Of a DNA stretch of 64,000 nt, positions 14,201 to 32,978 are shown one piece after another. Position 1 is the first letter of the stretch, and each line of letters starts with the position of its first letter. The position numbers and the translations under genes are program-made. The DNA comes from Schmidtea polychroa (taxonomy: Eukaryota): NCBI GenBank assembly GCA_044892525.1, contig CM097885.1, forward strand, positions 47,369,727 to 47,433,726. The letters run 5' to 3'. The notes beneath the pieces are model-generated. The model made no database searches and was not told the DNA's origin. It worked only from the letters and a program-made list of their open reading frames with translations.

Positions 14201-16343
14201 AATTCTTTGAACAGCAAGAGCTTGGGAAAATGTAACTTAAGAAACGATCGTAATTGTTTTAAAAGGGGCATTGAAAATTGCTATAATGAACTTGATTCCG
14301 ATATTCCTACACATGAAATACTTCCTGAAAATGATGATGATATGCTCAATTATATTGTTAAAGAAGATCTATCTAATAAAGAAGAAAAATTCTCAAAGGT
14401 GAAATCAGATGAAAATTTTCTACCTGAATCTATAAATTCATTCAAAGCTTTTCATATTTTTGAAAAAAATTGAATCTTTTTTCTGGAGTTTTTCCTGAAA
14501 AACTATCATTAAAAATGAGATTGTGAATGAAAGGCGTTCTAGAAGTCCAAAGATTATGGATTATTTTCAAAATCAGTCTAATAAATAAAATTTTCTGTTT
14601 TATTAAATATTTGCTATTATAATCAAATCTATTGGATCACAATAAATATTGTTCACATATTTTTTATTGGCAACACACGAAAAATTCCTCCCACAGCTGT
14701 TCACTTTAAACAACATTGACTGTACTTGACTTTATAAATAAAACCCTAATTGATAGTTTTACTATCATTATCTAGTACCTTTTGACAATTTTAAAATTTC
14801 CAAACATAAGCAAGCAATTCTATTTTAATTCTTAACTTAAATGAATGAATAAATAATAATAATTATTTTTTATTATATTATATATAAATATTTATTATAA
14901 ATATTCATTTATTCAACGACAATCGTATTTTCACGCGCCATATTGTGTATAGAGAAATTTTGTAATAAATTAATCATTCTTATGAACTGAAAATTAATTA
15001 CTCATTCTTTTTACTGAACTCATTCACATACCAATTTTTGGTTTTCGAACACACTGATTCGAACGCATGCAATAAGATTCACGTGAAGGACTTCGGATTT
15101 TGAAAAAAAGGTGCGCCGTAGGCATTCATGATCATATATTGCAATGAATTATACTTTTTTTGCTATAATGTTGTCTTTATTTTTTAAATTTGTAAATAAG
15201 TAAAACTATTGTTTATATTTCAATTGGTAATATAAATATGCAATGCTAGCTAACTATTTCTAAAGAAGTGAGTGAAAATGTATAAAATCCAATCGATTTG
15301 TACTCGTTTACTTAGGAAGTTCCAGAAATATGATATAACTGTTATGATCAGGCTCTTAGCCTTAACAGGTTCAAGAAATATTGAAATTTTCATCGCGACA
15401 TCACAAATAGTTGATGACGTAAAAAGTAAATAAATTAAATTATTGTTGTCACAAAATTATAACAACGTTTTGACGACGTATGAACTTTGTTGACGATTGC
15501 TCAAAATAGTAATTGAAACATAAACAACTTAGTATATAATCCCCATTATTTTAGTGTTGTGGGCCGATAAAATTATTTTTTAGGCAGGAACAAAAATTAT
15601 ATTAGATTTATGAGATCGAAATTAGAACGACATCAAGGAGAATTATTAGAATATGATTAGAATGTGATTGGTATTTACAAGTTGGAGATTAAAAGCAGTA
15701 AGAGTGAAATAATAGGAAAAAAATATAGGAATTAGAATTCGTACCAGAAATGATTCATTTAATTCAACAACAAGAGCTTATTGTGCAACGCGATGCAGGA
15801 GTCAATCCTCATATAAAGGAAAGGTAAATCGGAAAATTTAGAGAGAAATTAATTGTGATGTTTGTGAAAATCGCAACGAGAAAGAAAACGTATAATGTTA
15901 TTATTGTTAGGGTTTGACAAAATAGACAAAAAATATAAAAGCAAACTAATTAAGTGCATATCAATAAAACCATCAAAAACAATAAATAAAGTGCAAAAAT
16001 TTAATTAAAAATCAAAATAATATAAAAATTTGGCCAAAAAGTTTTATATTTATATTTGACATTTAAATGTTGGTTCCTTGTATATTTGTATTTTATTTAT
16101 TTAATTGTCTTATAATAGTTTCAAATATTTATTTAGGATCATTGTGCGTTGTCTGAATGGTCTGATAAAAATCAAAAGATCCATGGGATTTTAGCTTCCG
16201 CGAAACTTATTTATAGATATGAAGGAATATATGGGTATTTCAGAGGTGCCTATGCACGTATGTTGTATACTATTCCTGGTTCTGCAATAAGTTGGGGAGT
16301 CTATGAGTATTTTAAACATTTTCTAAAATCTACAAATAATTAA
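2295..16343 (+). CDS. SLC25A37: Mitoferrin (mitochondrial iron carrier, SLC25A37/SLC25A28 family), 4 exons, 301 aa
   Basis: Exons 2295-2411, 2454-2736, 12223-12521, 16137-16343, all GT-AG and phase-compatible. N-terminus [50 protein letters not shown]; three carrier signatures PFDSIK, PADAIKQR, PLDVCKT; C-terminal [14 protein letters not shown]. Paralog 37 versus 28 cannot be resolved. Confidence 0.93.
2975..6053 (-). mobile_element. hAT (Buster/SPIN-like) DNA transposon, near full length, in mitoferrin intron 2
   Basis: Imperfect TIRs TAGTAGTGTCCAACA (2975) and TGTTGGACATCACTG (ends 6053). TACTAGA lies near both ends (2965, 6054). Subterminal GCCAC motifs and a 24-bp palindrome at 6009-6032. 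Encodes a transposase. Confidence 0.85.
3149..4948 (-). CDS. hAT transposase (GTF2IRD2/EPM2AIP1/SPIN-like), 599-aa open frame
   Basis: Motifs [40 protein letters not shown] and C-terminal QASH. The likely native start MDKYLKR at 5097 is separated from this frame by a frameshift in the A-runs near 4996-5013. Confidence 0.9.
   Translation of the reverse strand: MEQNQKTVCILCNKTFNDNKVDSIKKHYQQMHSEFDCKFPVGKQVRTNEITRLKSKLEGQQSFFKRFLTTSELITLASYKTAWILAQKRKPFSDGELIKEIVLSIMEILLENYEEPLKKDIMQKIENMQLSHQTIARRMQDLMKNINKQLLQHLKSCICFSLALDESCDIRETAQLIFWIRLVSKDLEIYEEMLTIRGMKDRTRGVDIFEIFKSVAEDFQLDMTKLVSVTTDGAPAMLGQKSGFVGILKQQTHVCLVASFHCMIHVENICAQLSGTDILKNMMDLVVKVVNYIRSSATNHRQFLELLKEIEGTEFKDLLFFTNVRWLSRGKVLERFVSLLNPIRNFLQEKEILINFSEIENKEWQCDLIFLTDITLHINELNLKLQGKGKLICDLAQYIREFVSKLKLFLTQLKDYDFTHFDNMEKYKEDTNFNIQRYVGWLQKLQEKFEERFIDVEKFRPAFQLMQDPFHFDITNSELSKDIANLLSLDRRDFEADMLLLQSQINYSRNDESILMMWTRLLKSNEFVVLNSAIAKLLSMFGTTWVCESTFSAVTFIKSKYRSNISDENLEAELKCAVSVRFTSDFKGIVQEKNCQASH
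8150..8380 (+). mobile_element. Solo hAT terminus related to the 2975-6053 element
   Basis: Ends TTCTGTTGGACATCACTG at 8380, followed by ATTTAGAA (NNNTANNN). The left boundary is approximate. Confidence 0.55.
9441..10700 (-). mobile_element. Degenerate hAT (SPIN/Buster-like) transposon
   Basis: Terminus CCATGGGTCTCAAACTCAA resembles the TIR at 58156. Fragments [13 protein letters not shown] (N-terminal) and [19 protein letters not shown] (C-terminal) resemble the 58-60 kb element. Confidence 0.65.
10990..11960 (-). mobile_element. Ty3/Gypsy pol remnant (RT end, RNase H, integrase zinc-binding region)
   Basis: [78 protein letters not shown]. Confidence 0.8.
12620..14722 (+). mobile_element. 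pogo/Tigger-like (CENP-B/DDE_1) transposon, defective and internally duplicated, in mitoferrin intron 3
   Basis: TA TSDs at 12618-12619 and 14723-14724. TIRs CAGTCTATGTTGTCTATCGTGAAC and its approximate reverse complement. Transposase motifs [48 protein letters not shown]. Confidence 0.88.
15000..16000 (+). mobile_element. Highly degenerate piggyBac-like remnant
   Basis: Short fragments resemble piggyBac transposase ([14 protein letters not shown], Cys-rich C-terminal CDVCENR). No clear termini were found. Confidence 0.3.
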
Positions 16344-16714
16344 TGAGATTAACATAGTTTTATTTTCTAACGGTTTTTGTTGTTTTTTGAGATAGGAACT
16401 TTAAACATTAAGTGGAATTGTAATTATTTCAATAAATTTATTATATTTGAGTAACTTTTATCTTGTTTTTAATTTTTTGGTGCAATTGTATATTATTTTT
16501 ATTGTGATTTTAGTTTTTCATCAAAATGAAAAGTGGTGCAATTAATTGGAATAAATGTTATAGAATTTTTGTTTGTTCTTGTCGTTCTCATTTTACCTGT
16601 CAAATAGATCAGCTATTTTTCTATGTAAACAAAATGTAATACTAAATTTAATGCTTTTCTATCAAAATAAGACGAAATATATCTAGAAATGACATATTTT
16701 AAAAGTTGATTCCA

Positions 16715-18795
16715 GTGTTGGGAAATGGACAAATTAAAATAAATCGGAAGAGAAAACTGTAAATGCGAGTCATGTAAATAATAAAATCCAAAAGCAGCAA
16801 CATATTGATTGAAATTCTATAGTTAATAAAAGCTGAAATAAAGTAGTTTTACTGGAAATCAATTTGAGTACCCTGATAAAAACCCCTTCGAAATGAGCTA
16901 TTAATCGCCGAGATACTTTGTCAAGAACTCGTGATAATCAACTTTGAGTTAGCGGGCCCATACTTTTAACAGTAGAAGCACGGATGTGTCAAAATTGACA
17001 CATGGCAAACTTAATATCTAATTTTCTAAATAAAAATAAATCATTTCACAGGGAGGTGACTTTCAACAGTGGATTCAGAAAGTGAATATAGTGGCAAAAA
17101 TTCAAAAAATCGTGGAGTTGGAATCAATAATTCCTTTATATCTAGATGGACCAGTTTCTGCAGTATATATCAGCATTTGAGCGTGGAAGACAAGGGAAAT
17201 GCATTGAAGATCGAACATGCCTTAATCGATATCTATTCGATAGATATGTTCCTAGCATATGACCGATTCCGTGAACGAAAGTGGTGCAATGAGCCAGTAG
17301 ATGTCTATTTGAATGATCTCAAAATCTTAGCATCTTTGGCCAATATGGATAACGAGATCATACTTAAAAGCGCATTCATCATGGGTTTACCAGCAGTGTC
17401 GTCACAATAGTTACGATCCAAGGGCAATATTCAGCAGATGTCTCTTATTGAGGTTTTGAAACAGTCCCGTGTTTTAAGTAAACTGTGACAGTATTGTGTT
17501 CAGCTATCGTGGGAAAACAAGACAAGCAAAAGAAAATCTTGTATTGCGGAAAGAATGGCCATCTAGAAGAACGTTGTTTCAAGAAATAAGAAAAGAATTG
17601 TTGGCTATGTGAAGAAGAGGCCACATTGCAAATGAGTGTACCAGGAATTCAGAGTTGGGAAATGCCAAAGGTGTAGCACGTGCGCCAGAGTCTACTCTAG
17701 CACAAATATAATGGTGCTGCAGTTTATTTCAGTCATATTCAATGGAGAGTCCGTGAAAGCATTGATACCTTGGGATGTTCCAAATACGACGAGAGTCAGT
17801 AAAAAATGGCTGACATGGGTTAAATCATGTGTCAACCCAACTGTAAGCACCATTGCTGCTGTGAGCGTAGTGGTACGAGAAAGTCATAGGCAGCACGATT
17901 TTGGTGCCAAGAAGACGTTGTATTTTGCAAAGCAACTTTGCCCGGACGTTACACTTGAGGATGTAAAGGCTATAATTGGTGAATGTTTAGAATGTCAATT
18001 TATCGATCCGGCGCTTGTAAAATGAGAGCATGGAGAGTTAAGCATTAAGAAGACACGGAGACCATTACACGGAATCTTGAACAGATCTTTAGAGATAATG
18101 CGACATCATTTCGGTGGACACAAATGAAAGTTCTCTGTCTCAAATTGGGTGTGAAATTTGTGTTTCGATGTGCTTTTCGGCCACCAAGAAACGGCATAAA
18201 AGAACGGAACCATCATTCAATTAAACGCATGGCAGCAAGAACCAACAAGGGAATATTGGAAATGGTATATTGGTATAAACTAGCACCCAATGACAAGTGC
18301 GGAACGCCGCCGTTTTCATCCATGTTTTCATATTGGTGGAAAGGAGTTGGCGCTCGTTATACAGAAGAGAAGACACAGAACACATCGTTCCAAGTTGGCG
18401 ATGCAATTTACGTTAAACCACCAAACGCAATGTGTACTTCGACATGGGGTGAGGGGATTGTAACGAAGGTAAATTCATCAATCAACTTTGACATCAACGG
18501 GATTTCGCGCCACTATTCCGACATAAGACCGGCTGTCAACGAAGCGTCAGGGGAGAACAACGACGATGTAGAATTAACAGACGTAGACAATCCTATACTC
18601 AACGTAGAGGCAGGACCAGTAAACCTCGATATCTTGATAATTTTGAAACCAGTTTTATCGAGAACTAAGTCGAAAATCATGTGGAGATGTAATTGCGTAA
18701 TTAAATTTGTTTTAATATTCTGAATTTGTGATTAAAATAGAATTTTAAAAACGTGTGTTTTCATATTGATCAATAAAACTACATTTACAAAACAA
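16715..18795 (+). mobile_element. Ty3/Gypsy retrotransposon remnant (gag, zinc knuckles, integrase; RT/RNase H deleted)
   Basis: gag-like IIPLYLDG..EPVDVYLNDL..AFIMGLP; degraded CCHC knuckles at about 17540-17640; integrase-like SHRQHDFGAKKTLYFA..CLECQ, DNATSF, NGIKERNHHSIK. Boundaries are approximate. Confidence 0.75.
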
Positions 18796-18953
18796 ATTTT
18801 ATTTTTTAATAAAAATCAAGTTATGTTTATTTCAAGATTGTTTATTTCATACACAAAAATTGCAAAATAACAAAAACATAAGTAATGAAAAATATTTCCA
18901 TTATCTTTTAAAACTTTAGTAAATGAAGTAAATTTGTTTAACATAATTTGTCC

Positions 18954-19660
18954 TTAGTGAGAAGGATGATGTTGTTTGTCATCACATAACAATTTCAAAT
19001 TAGGAAGTATTGATGTTAATTTTATTCTCAATTTAGGTTCGACATCCAATCTGTTTCAATACTTATTTTTTAAGTACACCAAGGCTAAGAATGCAGCTTC
19101 ACATGTATAAGTGGTGACAAAAGGCATTAAAAGTTGTATCGCTTTCTTGCTTGCGCTTGGATATTCCTTTTGAGAGCGCAACCAAAAACTAATTAGTTGT
19201 ACAGTTTCAAACACTTTTTTAAGATCGGTGTTGCATGATATTTCAATTAAATTATCAACTTCTTGTTCACTAAAATTAAGTATTTCTTCCTTTTCAATTT
19301 CGACATAAAAAGGATCTTTAATCCACATATTATTGTCCGGAAAGTAGTCTTCAAACTATTTATTAGCTTTAAAAGATGTTCTTGAATTGAAACTGATAGT
19401 GTTTCAAGATGTAAATCTTCTTCATCGTAGTTTGAATGGGTTTCAATAAATTTATGTAATGTCTCAAAAGATTTAAAATTTCCTTTAGAAAGTCGTTGTT
19501 TCCAGAATCATTTTTATATTTATTGCAGCGACTTTTTCCGATACTTTGAAAATATTTAAATCGAAGCCTTGCAAATTTAAATTCATTTCATTTAATGTAG
19601 CAAATAAGCTACTTTTATTAACCACTCGAAATCATGGAATCTATCCTTAAATGGGAAAAT
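18954..19660 (-). mobile_element. hAT (ZBED5/Buster-like) transposase C-terminal remnant
   Basis: WIKDPF..LISFWLRSQKEYP..LLMPFVTTYTCEAAF..NRLDVEPKLRIKL..QHHPSH followed by a stop. Confidence 0.8.
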
Positions 19661-19674
19661 AGGATCTTTTTTAG

Positions 19675-20065
19675 ATGGTTGGCATTCAGAAATACCAAGG
19701 CTTCGTCTTTTAGCTCAAACAGATGAGTGAGCTGTTAATGGGGAAGATTTTAAACGTTGTCTCAAAAAAATCGAAGAGGCCTGCCAAGCTTCTGGAATTC
19801 ATACCCATATTTTTATTTTTGAAAATGCTCGAATTCATCACTATGGAGGCTTGCGGGAGGATGAGAAGATTTCCAATTATCAAATTTAGTATTTCCAACC
19901 ATACTCCCACTTTCTCAATCCTATTGAAAATGTGTTTTCTGTTTGGAAGAATGCTGTAGTAAGAAGTGCCACCACAAACGAATCACAATTACGAATTTTT
20001 ATTATTGAAAAATTCGATTAAATCACCCCAGAACACTGCGGCCGTTTTTATCGTAAAATGGTCAG
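19675..20065 (+). mobile_element. IS630/Tc1-type (DDE_3) transposase remnant
   Basis: IFIFENARIHH...PYSHFLNPIENVFSVWKNAV, with in-frame stops. Confidence 0.7.
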
Positions 20066-21485
20066 TAAAAAAATTTTTTTTATCGTAAAACGGGGTTGAA
20101 GCAAAGATGGGAATGAAGGTATCCAAGGAATAGTCTAACACTCACATAACCTTCTTCGGTATTAATCGAAAACAATAGCTTATGTCATAACGAAAAAAAT
20201 TGTTCGATCATAATGAAACTGCGGCACATAAAGCTGCACTTAAATATTAGCCGAAGCCGATACGGCACCTATAGTAAGCTTCCTGGAGGGCTGGGGAACT
20301 GGGGATTATTTACCAGCGTTTATTGTCGTACAACCTGTTGAGAATATCTGAATAATAAAACTTAAATAACTATTTTCAAAGTGAATATAATGATTGAGTG
20401 GAAATGTATAAAATAAAAGGTATGTTGCTTCACAATCTGGAAAAGTAGGAGCGAGTTGAAGAAATGATAAAACATAAGAGAAATGACGAAGAATTAGAAA
20501 AAATCAAATAATGAAATACGACAAGACAATTTTAGTTAAAAAATATAAAGTGAAGAAGGGAAAATAAAAACAAAAACAAAGTCGAAATTTAATTAAAATA
20601 TCTTGATAGCCTGTTCGAGATAAAGAAAAAGGATCACCCGAGAATCCGATAGATAGTGACTTCTAAATATTACATTTCGCTACAGCAGTCAGAAATAATA
20701 AAAGAATTGGAGATGACCAAAAGGAATGGACGGGAAGGAATAAACTAATCAAAAGTCAATATTATTATGTGCCATAAAAATATAGACTAAAAGGAAATAA
20801 AACTTGAATGATAACAGAATTTGTTAGAGAACATACGTTGTTAGAGAGCAAAAATGTTAGAGTACATAATTTGTGAAAGAGAAAATGAGACAGAATTTGT
20901 AAATAAAAGGAAACAGAAATTGTAAAGAAAAGAAGAAAATAGAATTAAAACGAAGTTACCGGAGAAGTTATTTAAACAAATTCAAGTCAAAGCTAAGAAA
21001 ACAACTAGGTCAAATCTATCGATCATTGAAACCAGAAATAATAGTCAAATGGTTGTGAACTCCAGATTGTATTGCAAACGGGCTATTCTTCTTGAAGGAT
21101 TACAATAAGCACTCAAGTCACTGTTGTAATATTGAATTATTAGTGTCGATATAAATTGGTAATCGATTGTGTTATTCAATAAAAGTTTATATTATCTGGA
21201 ATTCATTAATTTTGTTAAACATGTCAGATTAATAATAGTTCATTTACTTCAACAATACCAACATTTTTACTATCTTGTAATGAAACCTTGAATATTATAA
21301 TAATCTAAAAACTTTATCGAATAACTCCATTTCATCTAATCTAATTTTTTTCTTCAAACTTGAAAAATATTTATTTCATTATTTAAAGATACATTTTTAA
21401 TAATAATAATTATAATAAAATGGCATTAATAATAATCCTAAATTCAAACAAAATTCAGATTCACGATTTTTTGAAAGAAGTCATT

Positions 21486-29524
<8,039 letters not shown>

Positions 29525-30609
29525 GTTTAGAGATTTCTGCCAACAGAATATGGGTTACGTGTAGCTTTCTGCAAAAGTAAAAAATGAAATCCCTGTCGAC
29601 AAAATGAAGTATTATTGCGACATCTGGTGCAAGGTAATAAAGAGTAATTTGTAAATATTTACCTGTGTCAATGAAGCATATATTACTCACTTATGCCACA
29701 TATTTGATTTCTGAGATTTCTGAGCCTATAATTTTTTCATAAAGTAAAATATCAGAAAATAACATTCCTTGTAAGTATTGCTAACAATAAACTTTCGTTG
29801 AGCTCTTTTCTTTATTATTAAAAATTTATGAAATGTTTATTAAAGCAAATCTTTCTGTTGGATCTCGTTTACGAGTACGAAATAACTTTTAAAATATTAA
29901 CTTTTATTACTTTGAAAATTATAGTGTGAATGATGGTTTTGTTTATTTAAAGCTTTTTAATAATCTATTATCTTATAATAATTTCCATCTCAGAGGTCGA
30001 TGTTCCAATGAAACTTATCTCAAAACTCAGAAGATATAAAGAACTGAAAATAAGACAGGCAATTAAATTATAATTCAAATGAGTACATGAGTATGTTTTA
30101 GAATCTGAAATTCTTCAAATGTATGAAAAAGAGAAAGGTGGAAGTTGAAATAAATCTTACACGTGTTTTTCTTCTAATTTTTATATCATTAGACGCAGAA
30201 TTGAATTACAATATTTCATGGTTGAAAATCATATTAACTCGGACTCGAGAATTACGATTGTACAAATTAATTAATTAAATTGTAAAAATAAATATCAAAG
30301 AGGTGGAAATAAAAGATGAAATTTAGTTGAGTACTTTGAAGACTACAAATGTATGTTTGGCTTGAGAACAATCTTTCTGGGTGATTAGGGATATGAAATG
30401 GTTAATTTAATCTTCTGTTTTAATGAAGTAATTTTTTTAAATTATTTGTTTAAATTAATTTTTATTTTTAATTTTAAATTTATTTTTATAATTATTATTA
30501 TTTTTATTATTATTAATATTATTTTTTGGTTGAATATATAATTTTCCTGTTAGAGTGAGATTGTCATTTAAATGGATATAAAAACAACTATTTTTATAAT
30601 GTATTTATT

Positions 30610-30700
30610 GAAAAGCTTGACTATGAATCAGTAAATATATCGATGTTTTTTTTTGTATTCACAAAATTTCGGCACTGCCTTTTTAAGTGACTTTGAGATC
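30610..30700 (-). repeat. Dispersed repeat with a mutated hammerhead-like motif (family of 40234-40361)
   Basis: Minus strand reads TCAC-TTAAAAA-GGC-AGT-GCC-GAAA-TTTT-GTGA followed by AAAAACATCGATATATTTACTGATTCATAGTCAAGCTTTT. Core G5 is missing. Confidence 0.7.
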
Positions 30701-30770
30701 ACATAAATAAGGGATAAAGAATAAAGTTTATTATTGATTTTGTGTTTAATTTTTTGTGTTATTCTTTCTG

Positions 30771-30873
<103 letters not shown>

Positions 30874-30925
30874 TAAAACAATAAAGTGATAATTTAAACC
30901 TTTTGCTGCGAATAATGTATTTAAT

Positions 30926-30965
30926 GAAAAAATTTTCGACTATAAGATAGTCCTTGTCAATCTCC
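30926..30965 (-). ncRNA. Candidate minimal hammerhead ribozyme (U3-A8 variant) in the Penelope pseudo-LTR
   Basis: GAGA-UUGACAA-G-GACUAU-CUU-AUAGUC-GAAA-AU-UU-UUUC: stem I GAGA/UUUC, 6-bp stem II, vestigial palindromic stem III (AAUU). Confidence 0.55.
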
Positions 30966-32740
30966 TGGAATTTAGCAATCTCCTTCCCGAAAATACATTT
31001 CTATTTTTCTTTTATTTCCTTTTTCTTAATTCTCATTTGTTATAAATATAATATAATGTAATGATATACTTTCTTTTTCTGGATTTTTTTTAAATTTTAC
31101 TTAAAATTAAAATTAAAATAAAATAAATATCATTTAAAATTCAAAATGACAAAAACTAAAACCTTTAAATTTTTTAAAGCTTCTATAATTAGCTTCTATA
31201 AGCTTAATAAAATATTTGAAAATATTTTAAAATAAAGCCTCCAATAACCATTTATATACACTATTTAAATATTTCAATAAATGTGTCAATTTTGATTTTT
31301 AAATCCTTTCTTTTGAAAGTTTATTTCCTAAAATTTTCTATATTATTTTAATCATTACTTTTTTAAAATTATTATATATTTTTTTATATATTATCAGATA
31401 TTCTCAAGGTCAGTGACAACAGACCAAATTCATGATTTCATTGATTTCTTCTTTAGTGTTGATCTTTGGCTGTCTGTTTATGATGAGAATTGCTTCTTTG
31501 AATCTAACATTTTTCTTTTGGATGTTTCCATTAGCTATGATTTCGATTGAAATATTTTTTCTTTCCTCTGTTGGTTGACATTGTTGAAGATGTCTGTTTA
31601 TCAAGGATGTTCCACCAGGATCTAGATGTTTTTTAATTCTTTGGTGCAAGGTCCTGAGTGTACTTCCAATGTAGATTTCATTGCATACATTGCACGTGAT
31701 GCAATAGTCGATGTTATTTCTAAAGCACATATCTTTCGGTGTCTAGCAGTTTTTCATTGTGCAATTGTTTTCTCTATTTGTGTTGTTTGCCATAGCTTTT
31801 CTCAATGTCCAAGATTTATGTGCTATCCGAATTGGAAGACCGGTACGTTTAAGTTCTTTCAGGATCTTGAAGTCGAGTGTGTCACTGATGAATGGGATAT
31901 TAAGATAGAAATATTTCTTCTTTTTTTGTGTTAATTCCCTAGATCTTTTCGGGGTAGAATTTATTCTTTCAATGTCCTCACCTTGGTATCCGTTTCTGTG
32001 TAGGATTTTATTGAAATTTAATTGTTGTTTAAAGTTTTCGTTTTCTTCAGTGCATCGATTGGCTATTCTTCGTTTCTCGTTTCTTATGACATGCACTTTC
32101 TGTAAGTATGGAAGCGCTGATCTTTGGTGCATAAATATTTTTTTGCGAGCTGGTTTTCTGTAGAACCCATATGTTGGAGTATTTGTTTTTATTTTAATTC
32201 TCAAATCCAATAAATTGAGGGATCCATCTTCTTCCGGATATTCGTTTTCGAACTTAATATCTCGGTGAGCCGCATTGAATGTATGAAATATTTCCTCCGC
32301 TTCTTTTCTGCTTTTGGCCGTGATGAAGATATCATCTACATATCTTGCATAGAAACCGATGGGTTATATGGTCCTCAGTGTCTGTCGTTAGAGGTTATCC
32401 ATAAAGATGATTGTTAGCAGTCCTGATATGCTAGAACCAATAGGCAGACCTTTAACTTGTTTATAGATATTTTGCTCAAAGGTAAAATAGGTGTTCTCGA
32501 GAATAACAGTAAGAAGTTTGGTGATATTCTCGATATTCATTTCCTTTATTAACAAGTTGCTTTCTCTTAATTTCTTTTCTAAACATTGAATAGCCTCTTT
32601 TTTAAATAAAAAATAAAAAAAATCCAGAAAAAGAAAGTATATCATTATATTATATTATATTTATAACCAATGAGAATTAAGAAAAAAGAAATAAAAGAAA
32701 GATAGAAATGTATTTTCGGGAAGGAGATTGCTAAATTCCA

Positions 32741-32780
32741 GGAGATTGACAAGGACTCTCTTATAGTCGAAAATTTTTTC
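32741..32780 (+). ncRNA. Second copy of the candidate pseudo-LTR hammerhead
   Basis: GGAGA-UUGACAA-G-GACU-CUCUUAU-AGUC-GAAA-AU-UU-UUUC in the inverted pseudo-LTR. Confidence 0.5.
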
Positions 32781-32978
32781 ATTAAATACATTATTCGCAG
32801 CAAAAGGCTTAAATCATCACTTTATTGTTTTAAATAATAAATGCTGCTACCAAGAAATCATCAATTATTATTATTATTATAAAAAGGTGAATTTATTTTT
32901 AGGCTTTTTAATTGAGACTAAAAAGCCCTCTGACTAAAGTATGAGTTTCAGATTGACATAAAACCAAAAAATAATAAT

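Larger units (their letters stand above)
30874..32840 (-). mobile_element. Penelope-like retroelement (5'-truncated RT plus GIY-YIG endonuclease) flanked by inverted pseudo-LTRs
   Basis: RT motifs QVKGLPIGSSISGLL and YARYVDDIF; FYRKP; GIY-YIG-like NIDYCITCNVCNEIYIGSTLRTLHQRIKKH (31410-31730). About 220-bp inverted repeats at 30874-31090 and 32615-32835. Stops and frameshifts are present. Confidence 0.9.
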
